64,000 nucleotides of DNA from Chiloscyllium plagiosum (GCF_004010195.1 NC_057715.1:14389869-14453868), one strand, 5' to 3'; shown: positions 1 through 11,619, counted from the first letter of the stretch. Numbers and translations: made by a program. The notes: generated from the letters alone by a model not told the origin.

Positions 1-790
1 GGGGGGAAGTGGGGGGGGGAGGGGGGAGGGGGGAATGGGGAGAGAGAATTGGGGTAGGAGGGGAAGAAGAGGAGAAAAGGAAGAAGAGGGTGAAGACGGG
101 AGATGGGAGGGCTAGGAGACAAGGATGAGGGAAGGTGAGATGAGGGAGTACATGATCCAGGGAAATGTGAAGAGTGGGAAATTGAGATGGGGAGTGAGAG
201 GGATGGGGAAGATGAAGGAGGGAATGACATGGAATGGGTATGGTGATGGGAAAATTGAGGAGTGGGTGGTGGGGAGAGAAGAGATAGACAATGGAAATGG
301 GGAATTGGGTATGTCAAGGAACATATGAAGGGAAAAATGATAGCAATTTACACGAGAGATCAAAGGGTGTATGTACAGGAGAAGGCGTATATGGGGCATA
401 CTGATGCATACAGAAAGGATGGGCACTGGGCACAGTGCCAATTGTCAGGTAGTGGGTATGTGATGCAGCGAGATGTGTATTTGAAGAACACTGAGTCTGG
501 GGCTGGCTTCCTGGGAGGGAGGACACATAGGACAGACTGGGTGAATCAGAAGGTGGGCACAGGACAGGAGCTGAAGGATGTGAGGGGTTGAGAAGGGGTG
601 GGTGACAGGAGGAATGAAAAGATGGTGAAGGAAGGGATTGGAGGAGGATATGAGGGTGAGGGGTTTGCAAACTTGGGGAGGACTAGACAGCAGCACTGAT
701 GGGATGAGAGCTGGTGATGGTGAGGGAGGGCTGGTGACAGATGGAGATGGGATGCGGGTTATGAATGTTCTGGGGTGGGGGGACTGTGAT
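1..790. repeat. Purine/G-rich low-complexity tract in RASA3 intron 1
   Basis: Strong G/A skew on the plus strand and long G runs at 1-60. Confidence 0.8.
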
Positions 791-819
791 TGAGGCGCAG
801 GGTCAGATCTGCCTCCCCA

Positions 820-1280
820 GCTTCCAGGCGCTTCTCCTCCCGCAAGACAACGAGTGGGGATCGGGCCCCCGGCCACCTGCCCGCCCGCTTGCTTACCGAT
901 CTTGACTTTGACGCTCTGTAGGAGCCGCAGCCCCTCTTCCTCCAGCGCCATTCCCGCCGCCACCGCCACCGCCGCCGCCGGAGCGAGACGCCGACCATCC
1001 GCCTCACAACATCCACAAGCCCAGCCGCACTCTCACCGCCCATTGGCCCTGAGCCCGCACCGCCACACTCCCATTGGAGAACCGCCCAGAGCAGCGGCCG
1101 CGCCGATTGGACCAGCGCCCCGCGTTCCCCTACTGGCTGCGCGCGGGCGCCCTCCCGCATCCTGATTGGTGGAGCGCTGGAGGCCGGGCCTCCGCTCGCA
1201 ACGGATTGGCCGAGAGCCGTGATATGGCACATGGCCCCTGTATTTAGCCGGCGGTTCGAGTCCCTGGGCCGGCACTGGAG
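820..1280. promoter_or_regulatory. CpG-island promoter of RASA3 with multiple CCAAT (NF-Y) boxes
   Basis: Very GC- and CpG-rich compared with the CpG-poor background. ATTGG (CCAAT on the minus strand) at 1042, 1073, 1106, 1165 and 1205. Confidence 0.85.
897..951 (-). CDS. RASA3: RAS p21 protein activator 3, coding part of exon 1 (gene continues off the left end)
   Basis: ATG at 951-949 gives MALEEEGLRLLQSVKVKI+G (55 nt, phase 1), followed by a GTAAGC donor at 896-891. Matches the vertebrate RASA3 N-terminus (human MAVEDEGLRVFQSVKIKIG, recalled). Lies in a CpG island. Confidence 0.93.
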
Positions 1281-1944
1281 GGAGGGACTGTCAGCAGTGT
1301 ACAGGAAAGGCTGTGACGGGGGTAAAGCTACTGTTGTGTATAGGAGCGGGCTGGGGTAAGCGAGTGAGAGGCTTTTTTTTAGTGGGGTGGGGGGGAAGAA
1401 TGGGCTGTTGGTGTGGAGTGGGGGAACCTGCCAGGGGTGGGATGGAGCGGAGCTGGGTGCAGGTTTGAGAATCCTGTCCCGGGCTCTGCTGAACAGAGAC
1501 TCGGGTTTGGAACACTGGAACAAAGGGTGGCTGGTTACAAAGTATCCCTCCCATTGTCTATACAATGTAACAATGAGACGATAATGTTGCAGAATGTAAC
1601 CAGCGCAAAGCCGAGACTCCGATTCACAGCCGCTTGGTGTGTTTTACCTTCACTTCGTCCTCAGGGCTAATGAAGCTCTCTCTTCATTTCTGCTCCACAG
1701 TGTCCGGAGGCAGCATTGTACTTTCAGGAAAAAAAAAGGGTACAATCAAAACAACTGGTAGAAATTGAGGTTTTACTCTGACTCATCTGTAACAGTTTCC
1801 TATTCTCAGAATTTGCGTTTGGTCAGTCTTGAGTCACGTAAATACTAAAACTCAGCACGCTGTGTGGAATCCAGCTACGCAATGTTGTGTAACAAATCTC
1901 ATCCATCCCAAGGCCCTGGCAGAGCGCAGAGGAGATTTACCATG

Positions 1945-2543
1945 ATAGACAATAGACAACAGAATAGACAATAAGTGCAGGAGTAGGCTATTCTGCCCTT
2001 CGAGCCTGCACCACCATTCAATATGATCATGGCTGATCATCCTTAATCAGTATCCTGTTCCTGCCTTATCTCCATAACCCTTGATTCCACTATCCTTGAG
2101 AGCTCTATCCAACTCTTTCTTAAATGAATCCAGAGACTGGGCCTCTGGTGCCCTCTGGGGCAGAGCATTCCACACAGCCACCACTCTCTGGGTGAAGAAG
2201 TTTCTCCCCATCTCTGTCCTAAATGGTCTACCCCGTATTTTTAAGCTGTCTCCTCTGGTTCCACATAGTACTCGAGGTGTGGTCTCACCAGGGCCCTGTA
2301 CAGCTGCAGAAGAACCTCTTTGCTTCTATACTCAATCCCTCTTGTTATGGAGACCAGCATGCTATTAGCCTTCTTCACTACCTGCTGTACCTACATGCTT
2401 ACCTTCATTGACTGGTGTACAAGAACACCCAGATCTCTTTGTACTGCCCCTTTACCTAAATTGATTCCATTTGGGTAGTAATCTGCCTTCCTGTTCTTGC
2501 CACCAAAGTGGATAACCATACATTTATCCACATTAAACTGCAA
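1945..2543 (-). mobile_element. CR1-type LINE 3' fragment (rearranged)
   Basis: Reverse frames give CR1 RT C-terminal text (NFFTQRVVAVWNALPQR). Short-repeat tail (AGACAAT)n at 1945-1975. Confidence 0.8.
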
Positions 2544-5365
2544 TGTAGTACCAGGGATGAGGGTCTTTAGTTAGATGGGAAAGCTGTGATTGCTCTCCTG
2601 CGAGTTCAAGGGAGATTTAATTTAAAAATGTTGAAAATTCTGATGGGTTTTGTTAGTCAATAAGAAGAAACTGCTTTCCATTGGCGGGAATGATGGTAAC
2701 CAAAGGGCGCAGGTTTAGAATACTGGTTAAAGAAAGAGGATATGACGTCTTTTTTTAAAAATCAGCAAATTGTTGTGAAAGAGCAATATAAGCAGCTTCC
2801 ATTATTTCTGAAGGTAATAGATTTTTAAAAAGTGCAAGTTTTATGATTCTGTAGTCCGAATGAGTGAATGCCGCAGTGTATAAATTGTGTTGGTAACAAT
2901 TGATGATTAGCTAACACCACACCTCCACCCAACCTGAATCAAATCGTTTCAGATCCTATAGGTATTCTGCAGATTTTAAACGAAAATAAATGAAAGAAAA
3001 TTGCAGAGAACGTGGTGAAATTCCACTACTATAAGCAAGAAAAACTGTGGTTGCTGGAAATGTGAAACAAATTCATAAATTACTGGTGCTGGCAGGTGGG
3101 ACTGACCGAAGGGTCTGTTTCCATGCTGTACATCACTATGACTCTATGACTCTATAAATCTCAACAAGTCTGGCAGCATCTTGGAGAGAAAACAAAGTTA
3201 ACATTTCGGGTCCAGTGACGAGGCACCTATGTTCCACTTCGGTCTGTCTAGGAGTCTCTTAAAAGGTATCGGCGAATCTCTGGACCCAACTGAGGAGATG
3301 ACTAATAGCGATATTAATTTTAAAAAGTTTGTCTTTTATTAAAACCCAGTTCATTAGTGACAGCATGAACACTCCATGATGGATACGCCAGACGAGTAAT
3401 GGTAGTAGTATATAGGAATGGGGGTGGTACGGATGATCATGCGATAAAACTGCCAGGCTGCCATCCAACCAACACTGGCAAACCAGTTCAGCTTGACGTT
3501 TGGCCTTAGTTTTTGAGAGAACACTAAGACATTTGAATCACAAGCCCCTATTAATGTTGTTCCCTCACATCACACAATGTGCCAATGATGCTTTGGGTGA
3601 GGTTTTATGATTAATGAGTTTCATCAAGAAGAAACCTCAAAAAGAGGCCATTGGGTTGTCATCTGACTCCAATTTTGTGTGTGTTGTACCTTTGATTGGT
3701 TTCCATGCATGATGTCAGCGCAGTTTTGTCATTTCCAGTTGCAATGAAGAATTCAAACCCGTTCATTGATCTGTCATTATGTCATTTTTTTTCAACAGTT
3801 GATGGACATGCTAAACATCAATTTTCAGTTATTTTAAGTATTGTTCTTCATTCATCCCATACTTTCAAAACACAAGTTACATTGCAGAACTGCATTTATG
3901 TTTGGATCACACTTTCCACCTTCAACAAGCAATTCTAGTGAACTGCTTGTTATTCTAGTGAATAATGTACATTGATGTGTTACATTCACAATTTGCACTT
4001 TAAAAATAAGAACCTCAATGAAATATTTCATATATTTGTGGCTCAGTGTCAACATTCCTGTGAAACACCTATATAAAAGGTGCCATTTAAATGCATGTTG
4101 TTTGTGGGATTCATGTATTTCTAGCAACTCACCATAATTACTTGCTGAAGGTGGACTGTGTGACCCAAATATTACTGTACTTCCTCAATGTATTGTCCTG
4201 TGAAGTAACAAGAGTAGAGTCTCATAAACTGTATCCTCAGATCACAAACAGCAGTGTTGCTGCTTACTTGCAACCTTTTCCTGCAGCATAATATGTGAAA
4301 ACCACAGCATAGAGACTGGGCTGCAAAGTATTCTGTTTTTGCTGACAGGCGCTGGGTGGGGTAAAATGTGGCACTGCCTTTAAAATGATCCTGTTGTTCA
4401 GGGCATTACACACTCCTGACACTGAACTCCAGTAATGAAGATGAGTTATAAGAATTCCACTCCTAGAGCCCACCACAAAGCAATGATTAAGTCGAACCTG
4501 TTTGCCAGTAATAGCAGTTCATGCTTTTTCTGCTAAAATAAGAGCTGGAAACGCCCAGCGGAATCAGAGGTAAGGAGAGGGAGTTTGGTTGGACAGAGTT
4601 TGGTTTGGCATTACAGGAGAAACTTTCCTGTCCAGAAATATATTTGATCTCAGGATAGATACTTGGAAAGTGGGTAGCATTGTGAGGAAGGCATTCAGGA
4701 CCCAGCCTTATGGAAGTGTTGGTGGGCTTTTTTCTCAAGCTAAAGCAATCCAAAATGGCTATCCTTTGATACAATTGTTTTGCTGACAACTCCTGAGTAA
4801 AATAGGTTAAAGTGGAAGTGAAGTTACATTCTTTTCCAAAAACATATTTTATTCATAAAATGTGTAAAGATAGATTACATAGCATTTCAAACTGACAATA
4901 CATAAAAAATGCAATTGCACATCAGTTTCTTCCATTACAGTTCATGAGGTACTCATTTTCTTACCACAACAGATTATATTTACAATATACATTTCATGTC
5001 AAATATTCACTGGTGCATACAGCTCAGAAGTTTTTATAACAGCTTCCATTTCATTTACTATGCTGTGGCAGGAGGGCATTAGACAGTATCCTTTCATCAT
5101 CTAGCCTTTGTAAGCATTGCCTCAAACTTTACTCTGTCCTTCGGTTTTCCTGGACCTTAAAATACGCACTTCTGCAACACCCAGTCATCAGCAACAATTT
5201 GAACTGGAAGACTAGCATATTTCAGGCACTGATTGATAAGTCCTCCAGCTGCAGCTGATGGTTCTCTCAGTGTGTATTCCTGGGAACAGCCCAAAGAGTT
5301 CTGTGTTAAGGAGGAGTTCAGCAGCAAGGATAGGGGTAGGGCAGCAATGATCTGACAGGGAAAGT

Positions 5366-5577
5366 GAGGTCTGCAGATGCTGGAGATCAAAGTTGAAACT
5401 TTATTGCTGGAACAGCACAGCAGGTCAGGCAGCATCCAGGGAACAGGAGATTCGACGTTTCGGGCACAGGCCCTTCTTCAGGAATCCTGAAGAAGGACCT
5501 GTGCCCGAAACGTCGAATCTCCTGTTCCCTGGATGCTGCCTGACCTGCTGTGCTGTTCCAGCAATAAAGTTTCAACT
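5366..5577. mobile_element. Non-autonomous Penelope-derived palindromic insertion
   Basis: Arms 5391-5483 and 5485-5577 are a 93-bp inverted repeat with one mismatch. Flanking direct repeat TCTGACAGGGAAAGT at 5351-5365 and 5577-5591. Arm sequence is homologous to the terminus of the GIY-YIG element at 51639-52307. Confidence 0.9.
5449..5486 (-). ncRNA. Minimal type I hammerhead ribozyme (intact core)
   Basis: Minus strand reads GAUUC-CUGAAGA-A-GGGC(CUGU)GCCC-GAAAC-GUC/GAAUC. Stem I has 5 perfect bp, stem II has 4 bp, stem III is the palindromic ACGU, and the cleavage triplet is GUC. Confidence 0.85.
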
Positions 5578-5829
5578 CTGACAGGGAAAGTCCTACTTAC
5601 AATTAAACAAGTTATGTACTGGTGCCTGTTTGGAAGTTCTGGTGCTGAGGCTTTCTGCCAAATGACTTTGACAGGCCCCTCAGGAACTGTCCTACAGAAT
5701 TAATCACTGGCTCTTCCTACAGGGCCTAGAGGACACCACATGGGGACAATGGCCTGATGGGCCTGTGGTCAAAAAAGACTTTCTTCACAAATGTTTCTGT
5801 GGGGGAAGGTGATATGGCATGGTCCAATC

Positions 5830-6084
5830 AAGTGCACATCCCATAGCAACCTGGATACATCATGGCAACTACTCTGCCCAAGACCACAAGAAATTACAGA
5901 GAGTTGTGAACACAACCCAGTCACAAAAACCTGCCTTCCTTCCAGTGACTCATAGCCTTCCTGCTATCTCTGGAAAGCAGCCAACATAATCAAAGACCCC
6001 TCCCGCCTTGGTTATACTCTCTTTCACCACTTCAGTCAGGCAGAAGATACAAAATTTTGAAAGCAAGTACTAACAGATTCAAGA
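5830..6084 (+). mobile_element. LINE 3' fragment (Rex/Babar-like) interrupted by the PLE; appears to resume at ~8797-8990
   Basis: Decayed RT-tail-like text (KKLQRVVNT, IIKDPSRLGYTLFSPLQSGRRYK) stops abruptly at the PLE. 3'UTR-like sequence ending in AATAAA resumes after it. Confidence 0.5.
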
Positions 6085-8796
6085 TTTGGAGATGCTGGTG
6101 TTGGACTGGGCTGTACAAAGTTAATAGTCCAGCAGGTTTATTTGGAAGCACTAGCTTTCGGAGCACTACTCCTTCAACAGGTGATTGTGGAGAATAAAAT
6201 TATATGTCACAGAACTTATAGCAAAAGTTTATAGTGTGATGTAATTGAAATTATATGTTGAAAAAGACCCTGATTGTTTGTTAAGTCTCTCATCTTTTAG
6301 AATGACCATGTTGGTTTCAGTTCTTTCATATGCAAATCGCAAAACCTTTTTTAAAAGTTACATTCTCAAGTGCACTTTAACAATTGGTGTCATGTCGGCC
6401 CAGATAAGGTATTGAAGGTGTTAGCTCCCTGTGAGGCTGTCTGTGCCACAATGGTCAGACTGATTCCAATCTAAAAAAAAGATTTACAGGATCTTACATG
6501 GATTTATGCAGTTTTTGAGCCAATTAAAATGTAATTCTGCAAGTACAAATTCACCCCACAAACTTATATGTGTATGTGTGCATGTGGGTGTGTGGGAGGA
6601 GGTGAGGGAGGGGGTTATGAGTATCTGTGAGAGGGTGTATGTTTGTGTGTGAGTGTGAGTGTAAAGGGGTTTAAGTCTGTGAGAGGATATGTGTGGAAGT
6701 GTATGTGTGAGTGTATGAGAGAAAGAGTGTGTGTGTGTGTCTGTCCGTCCGTCTGTGTGTCCGTCCATCTATGTGATGTATAGTGCAATGGGGTCACCTA
6801 TAGTGTGACATGAACCCAAGGTCCTGGTTGAGGCCATCCTCATGAGTACCGAACTTGGCCATTAGACTCTACTCGGCCACTTTGCGTTGTTGCCTGTCCC
6901 AAAGTCTGCCTTGGAGGATTGGCATCCGAAGGTCATAGGTCGAATGTCCCAGACCACTGAATTGTTCTCTAACTGGGAGGTAACATTCCTGTCTGTTAAT
7001 TGTTCTGCGGTGTCCATTCACCCATTGCGGTAGCCTCTGTTTGGTCTCGCCAATGTACCATGCCTCAAGGCATCCCTGCCTGCAGCGTATGAGATAGACA
7101 ACGTTGGCTGAGTCACATGACTACCTGCCACGTACATAGTGGGAGGTGTACCGTGCATAATGGTGGTATCTGTGTCGACATCCTGACACATCTTGCAGCA
7201 GTTACGTGACAGGGTTGTATGGTATTGTCCTGAAAGCTGGGCAGTTTGGTATGAACAATGATCTGTTTGAGGTTTTGTAGTTGTTTAAAGGCAAGAAGTG
7301 GAGGCATGGGGAAGGTCTTGGTGAGGTGCTCATCCTCATGGATAATGTGTTGCAGGCCGTGAAGAACATGTAGTTTTTTAGCTCCTAGGAAGTACTGAAC
7401 AACAAAGGGTTGCAAAATGTGTCTGTCTCCTGAGGAGGTCATTACGGTTCCTTGCTGTGGCACGTCGGAACTGGCGGTCGATGAGTTGAACAACATATCC
7501 CGTTCTTATGAGGACATCCCTGAGTACTTCCAGGTGCCCGTCACATTCCTCCTCACCTGAACAGATCCTGTGTATACATTGGGCTTGTCCATTGGGGATG
7601 GCTGTTTTAATATGTTTCAGGTGGAAGCTGGAGAAGTGTAGCATTGTGAAGTTATCTGTCAGTTTGCGGTAAAGTGAGATGTTGAGGTGCCCATCCTTGA
7701 TGGAGATGCATGTATCCAAGAATGAGACAGATAGTAGAGAATAGTCCATGGTGAGTTTGACGGTGGGATGAAACTTGTTGATATCACTGTGTAGTTTTAT
7801 CAGAGAGTCCTCGCCATGGGTCCAGAGGAAGAAAATGTCGTCAATATATCTGGTGTATAGAGTTGGTTGGAAGTTCTATGTAGAGAAGAAGTCTTGTTCG
7901 AACCTGTGCATGAAAATGTTGGCATATTGGGGTGCAAATTTGGTCCCCATTGGCTGTTCTATGTGTCTGGATGAAGAACTGGTTGTCAAAGGTGAAGACG
8001 TTGTGATCGAGGATAAAGCGGATGAGTTGTAGGATGGTGTTCGGAGATTGGCAGTTATTGGTGTTGAGTACTGAGGCTGTTGCCGTGATGCTATTATTGC
8101 GGGGATGCTGGCATAGAGTGCTGAAACATCCATTGTGATGAGGAAATCACACAAATTCCTGCACACACCCTCTCACAGACTTAAACCCCTTTACACTCAC
8201 ACTCACACACATACGCACACCCTCTCACAGACACTCATAATCTCCCCCACCTCTCTCCACACACACCCACATGCACATATACACATATAAGTTTGTGGGG
8301 TGAATTTGTACTTGCAGAATTACATTGGCTCAAAAACTGCATAAATCCATGTAAGATCCTGTAAATCCCTTTTTTAGATTGGAATCAGTCTGACCATTGT
8401 GGCACAGACACCCTCACAGGGAGTTAACACCTTCAATACCTTATCTGGGCCGAGATGACACCAATTGTTAAAGTGCACTTCAGAATGTAACTTTTAAAGA
8501 AGATTTTGCGATTTACATATGAAAGAACTGAAACCAACATGGTAATTCTAAAAGATGAGAGACTTAACAAACAATTGGGGTCTTTTTCAATATATGATTT
8601 CAGTTACATCACACTGTAAACCTTTGCTATAAATTCTGTGTCTTACAATATTATTCTCCACAATCACCTGATGAAGGGGCAGCGCTCCGAAAGCTAGTGC
8701 TTCCAAATAAACCTGTTGGACTATAACCTGGTGTTGTGTGATTTTTAATTTTGTCCACCCCAGCCCAACACTAGTGTGATTTTTAATTTTGTCCCC
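6085..8796 (-). mobile_element. Penelope-like retroelement, 5'-truncated, with inverted pseudo-LTRs and decayed RT + GIY-YIG ORF
   Basis: Minus-strand fragments LITMDVSALYASIP, PMGTKFAPQYANIFM, RYIDDIFFLW, SFLDTCISIKDGHL..LYRKLTD and NVVYLIRC..WYIGETKQRL. About 550-bp inverted repeats at ~6125-6685 and ~8163-8725. Frameshifts and stop codons present. Confidence 0.92.
8665..8699 (+). ncRNA. Minimal type I hammerhead ribozyme in the PLE pseudo-LTR
   Basis: CAC-CUGAUGA-A-GGGGC(AGC)GCUCC-GAAAG-CUA/GUG. All core nucleotides are present and stem III is the palindromic AGCU. Confidence 0.85.
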
Positions 8797-9829
8797 ATCA
8801 GACTTATTAACAGATCTCTCATAAATTAGAGTTGATGTTTCTCTGCACCTTCTCTGTAGCTATAGCACTTTATTCTGCATTCAATTCTGTTACCCTAATG
8901 TACCTATGCAAGGTATAATTTGTCTGGAAAGCACACAAAACAATACCTTTCACTGTATCTTGGTACATGTAACAACAATAAATTAAAACAGATAAGATTT
9001 GGTTTGAACATTAGCACGCAGTGATACTTGGGGCCAAGTTTCACAGGGCAGGTTGGAGGTGTTTGTATTACTGGGGGTGGGTCATTCTTGATGGCCAAAG
9101 GGCACCAAGTGTCTCTTTCACAAAGTTGTTTAAAACAAAAATTCCAACCCCTAGCCTGCTGCCCACGCCAACCATGTTCTTGTCTGAGCAGTGTCACATT
9201 GTGGGCCATTGGTTTGGGGAACCCCCAATCAGTGTCCATTCGTGTTTATTTTTAAACTGGCAAGCGGGCTGCTGATTTGTGGGGGACTGGGCGAGGGGTG
9301 ATTGGGAAGACCAGCCACCCCAATCACATTTTTAGGTGTCCCTTTCCCCGCAGAAAATACCTTCAACAGATGTAGGGAGTAGGGTGTAAAATCGAAAGCT
9401 TGGTGGTTTGCTTCTAATGGTCCATGTGGAGAGGCGCCTATGTGGTGTGCTCGCCAATGCAATTTGCTATCTATCCCGGATACAGCCCAAGCGAGAGTTT
9501 GAGGGTCACAAACAGGGTACCGTGTGTATAATAGAAAATCTTCGGCCCTCGATATTGCACTGACCTGTGGAACCCAACCTGAAGCCCAGCTAACCTACAC
9601 TATTCATTCCCTAAATTACATTAGTCGGCTCAAATTGAAAGTTTTAAGTGGTCACTTTATCTTTCCATCGTCAGTTTTGGTTTAATATATTTCCAGTGTT
9701 TTGTACAAAACATTCGGTGGAAGGCGATCCACAGGGCAGATGCAGCTGGGATGTGGGGGCGGTATTTTTTCCCATTCGCCTCTGGCCAAACACTTTGAAC
9801 AGAGGAGCTTCCCTGGAGCTAGCCGCTCG

Positions 9830-9843
9830 CTTGTCATAGCAAC
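9830..9843. promoter_or_regulatory. RFX X-box upstream of the CFAP97D2-like gene
   Basis: CTTGTCATAGCAAC compared with consensus GTTGCCATAGCAAC. About 110 bp before the ATG, in a small CpG-enriched patch. Confidence 0.65.
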
Positions 9844-9953
9844 TGACACATGATCAGGCGCAAACATGCCAGACACACAGGAACGCTGCATACCCTAAAC
9901 ATGCCTTAAGCATCCTGTGCCCGCCCGGATTCGCTGCTCTCCCGGTCTCCACC

Positions 9954-10046
9954 ATGCACCGCGCCTACCAACCGATTCTGCCCACTGGAAACAAATACCT
10001 GCAGGAGAAATGGGACCGAGTTTGTTACCATGAGCACCGGCGAAAG
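9954..10046 (+). CDS. CFAP97D2: CFAP97 domain-containing 2-like, exon 1
   Basis: Kozak CCACCATG; MHRAYQPILPTGNKYLQEKWDRVCYHEHRRK; donor GTAAGG, phase 0. Typical CFAP97D/KIAA1430-domain N-terminus, in the syntenic position between RASA3 and CDC16. Confidence 0.88.
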
Positions 10047-11259
10047 GTAAGGCAAAACGGTCGGAGACTGAGCTACCCCGAATAAATCAGCGCTTGTCAC
10101 TACCGCCAGGTGAAGGAGGGCTTTGTGTCTGTGGTGTAAAAGTGAAGACCTATTCACTTAACCAAACAATTAGTGTTTGCGTCTGTTTAAACTGTCTTTC
10201 TAACCCTTTATAGCTCGAATATTTAGTGCGTATGGATTTTCTTTTTGCATTGAATTGCACTTTTGAAAAATCCAATGCTCGGTCCCCTCTTGGTTTTCTT
10301 TGCTCGCCTTTTCAATGTATGTCAATATTGGAGGTTGAAATTGCCATGTAAATTCTGTATGTAAACAATAATTTGTGACAGCTTCAGGCTCTGGCCACCA
10401 GGTGGTCCTGTGGAGTGACTTTCGAAATTCTTCGCCATTCCGTAGCTATCTTACAAAGAAATACAAATAATTTACACTCCCTAACTCCAGGCAACACCAC
10501 AAGTCACCTACTAATGGCAGAGATATATTATTTCTTCTACTATAACTGTGGGAACGTTGCAAAACGTCTTAATTAGCTGCAAAGTGCCTTGGGACATCCT
10601 GAAGTAGTGAAGTGCAAACATAATATAAAAGCAGAATGCAGTGGATACTAGAAATCCGAAAATAAAGACAAGAAATACTGGGAAAACTCAGTAGGTCGAA
10701 CAGAGACAAACAGGGTTAACGTTTCAAATCAAATATGTCAAGAAGAAATATGGGTATTAAAAATTGAATTCCTATTCACTGAGCTGATTTCAAACTAAAA
10801 TAGTAACAGATGCCAACCTGTCAATCACATTACTTCATAAATTGCGTTGAATTGAAATGTTTCATGATGCTAGCACATTTTATTCTGTAAATAGTTCAAA
10901 TGACTTTGCAAGAGCCTAGCAGTCTTTGATGTACTGCTTTTATAACTGATGCAAACAATATGCAATTCATCACAGTTAAATTAAGGTTGCATTGTTTATC
11001 ATTTTATATGGTCAGTAACCACATGATCTATTATGGCAGGTCTGTTTCTTTTATCATTTTGACATAAATATTGACCCTAGATATACTGGTATTATTATTC
11101 ATGTTGGAGCAGCACTTAAATGCATTATAAAACGTCTGATTTTCAGAATGTTTGGATTTTACGTCATTCAAGTAAACATGATCTCCTACAACTTGGCTCA
11201 TCACTTTGAGAGCATTTCCCCAAAGGTCTTTATCACACAGCCTCCAGGCCTAATTTGTC

Positions 11260-11520
11260 AGCTGTAGTTCAATTGGTTGCATTCTTATTTCTGAATCTGA
11301 AGGCCTGAAGCAGAGACTTCTGATGCGATCAAGGCTGATGCTGTAATGTAGTACTAAGGGAGTCTGCACTGAGTGGTGCTGTCTTTTGGATGAGATGTTA
11401 AACCAACATTTAGTCTGTCTGTAACAGATACCATTGAACTATTTTGAGAAATAGATTGAGAGTTCTCACTGATGTCCTAGCCAATATTTATCTGTGAACC
11501 AACATTGGAGAAATAGGTTA
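11260..11520 (+). mobile_element. Old Deu-domain-type SINE (similar decayed copies ~21990-22500, 23945-24110, 28640-29045, 39520-39880, 47960-48370, and 63860-64000 on minus)
   Basis: Shared core GTACTRAGGGAGTGCTGCACT..GTCTTT.GGATGAGATGTTAAAC..GTGTCCTRGCCAATATTTATCCC, recognisable by eye in all copies. Confidence 0.65.
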
Positions 11521-11619
11521 ATGGAATTAGAATATTTGGGTAGTTGTTTTTGACCAGTGCTAGACTTGATGGGCTGAGAAGCTGTTTTCTATTCTGTAGA
11601 ACTCAATGAGCCTGAGTAC

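Larger units (their letters stand above)
4825..5820 (-). mobile_element. Degenerate L1/Tx1-like LINE 3' fragment (host of the 5366-5577 palindrome)
   Basis: T-rich tail with TTTATT near 4847, followed by decayed minus-strand coding-like sequence. Family assignment is by resemblance only. Confidence 0.4.

Noticed and set aside
112-670. Several 67-118 aa ORFs, and similarly 30677-31129
   Set aside because: Products of purine/pyrimidine-skewed low-complexity sequence that is poor in stop codons.
445-969. 174-aa ORF as a whole protein
   Set aside because: Only 897-951 is exon. The rest is read-through into low-complexity intron and a GTG-started 5' extension.
3216-3480. Possible LTR fragment (CpG-containing, minus-strand AATAAA) interrupting an old PLE relic
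   Set aside because: No TSD or matching termini could be identified by eye.
5387-5581. Two near-identical 62-aa ORFs on opposite strands
   Set aside because: Artefact of the perfect palindrome. Non-ATG starts and no coding evidence.
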